Assembly (NCBI RefSeq): GCF_009914755.1
Contig: NC_060937.1
Reading direction: 5' to 3' (one strand)
From: the human T2T-CHM13v2.0 reference genome, Homo sapiens
Length of the DNA: 64,000 nt
Shown here: positions 63,401 to 64,000 of the stretch, piece by piece
Numbering within the stretch: position 1 is the first letter of the stretch
Layout of the letters: every line of letters starts with the position of its first letter
Made by a program: the position numbers and the translations under genes
Notes under the pieces: model-generated
Told to the model about the DNA's origin: nothing
The model's input: only the letters and a program-made list of their open reading frames with translations
The model's database searches: none

Positions 63401-64000
63401 ACATTATATACTGTACATAAAATATGAAATTACATCAAATATATATTATAATAGGTACATAAAATATGAAAGTACATCAAATATAAATTATGTACTGTAC
63501 ATAAAATACCAAAGAACCCCAAATATATATTATATACTGTACATGAAATATCAAAGTTCACAAACTATATATTATATACTGTACATAAAATATCAAAGTA
63601 CCCAAGGTATATATTCTATACTGTACAAAAAATATCAAAGTACCCAAAGCATGTATCATATACTGTACATAAAATATGAAAGTACATCAAATATATATTT
63701 TATTCTGTACATAAAATATCAAAGTACACCAAATATATATTCTATAGTGTACATAAAATATCAAAGTACCCAAACTATACATTTTATACTGTACATAAAA
63801 TATGAAATTATATCAAATATATATTACATTAGGTACATAAAATATGAAAGTACATCAAATATAGATTATATACTGTACATAAAATATCAAATTACCCCAA
63901 ATATATATTATATACTGTACATGAAATATCAAAGTTCACAAACTATATATTATATACTGTACATAAAATATCAAAGTACCCAAGGTATATATTCTGTACT
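54477..64000 (+). repeat. Homogeneous domain built on a 1,511-bp (4 HOR minus 1 bp) unit with 3- and 6-HOR variants
   Basis: A 1-bp deletion (tacatcaatatatac) ends ORFs at 55151, 56284, 57795, 59306, 61573 and 63084. Spacings are 1133, 1511, 1511, 2267 and 1511. Co-recurring markers are aaataaatgtttt, atcacagttc and ctgtgcaaaa. Confidence 0.92.

Larger units (their letters stand above)
1..64000 (+). repeat. HSat1A (classical human satellite I / SAR)-type AT-rich satellite array, 42-bp monomer
   Basis: Continuous tandem 42-bp unit, e.g. GTACATAAAATATCAAA (17 bp) + GTACCCAAACTATACATTATATACT (25 bp). The 17+25 bp RsaI (GTAC) sub-structure and a 378-bp 9-mer are the established hallmarks of HSat1A. 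Roughly 1,520 monomers, one orientation, running off both window ends. Species and chromosome cannot be determined from the sequence alone. Confidence 0.95.

Noticed and set aside
1-64000. CRISPR-like array (conserved TGTACATAAAATAT core with variable intervening sequence)
   Set aside because: The variable parts are nine fixed homologous monomer types in constant order, not unique spacers. There is no leader and no cas gene.
1-64000. TATA boxes, poly(A) signals and other regulatory motifs
   Set aside because: TATA-like and occasional AATAAA words are expected by chance in such AT-rich repeats, and there is no associated gene.
1-64000. Alpha satellite, HSat1B, HSat2/3, telomeric repeats or embedded Alu/L1
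   Set aside because: There is no 171-bp unit or CENP-B box, no CATTC repeats, no TTAGGG arrays and no non-satellite or GC-rich interruption anywhere.
1-64000. Assignment to a specific chromosome or species
   Set aside because: HSat1A occurs at several human loci (chr3 and chr4 centromeric regions and acrocentric short arms), and related arrays may exist in apes. Placement needs an alignment I cannot run.

Overview
The whole 64 kb window is one uninterrupted, single-orientation, very AT-rich tandem satellite array. I see no genes, RNA genes, transposons or CRISPR array. The monomer is 42 bp (alternating 17-bp and 25-bp GTAC/RsaI sub-units), arranged as a 9-monomer 378-bp higher-order repeat (HOR). 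This matches human/hominid satellite HSat1A (classical satellite I, Repbase SAR). The long + strand ORFs are a by-product of a 42-bp (14-codon) unit with one stop-free frame. What is interesting is the layered architecture. (i) 1-5.5 kb is a partial copy of a super-repeat, followed by a diverged mosaic at 5.5-9.45 kb. (ii) ~9.45-39.3 kb is about 2.5 near-identical copies of an 11,876-bp super-repeat (32 HORs = 283 monomers minus 10 bp of small deletions) containing nested internal duplications. (iii) ~39.3-54.5 kb is a heterogeneous layer with remnant 1-, 4-, 5-, 7- and 8-HOR periodicities. (iv) ~54.5-64 kb is a young array of 1,511-bp 4-HOR units that changes composition along its length. Recurrent 4-monomer deletions and monomer similarities suggest the 9-mer is an ancestral 4+5 dimer. 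I found no evidence for a new protein-coding system. All offsets were read by hand from the sequence and ORF track and should be confirmed computationally.
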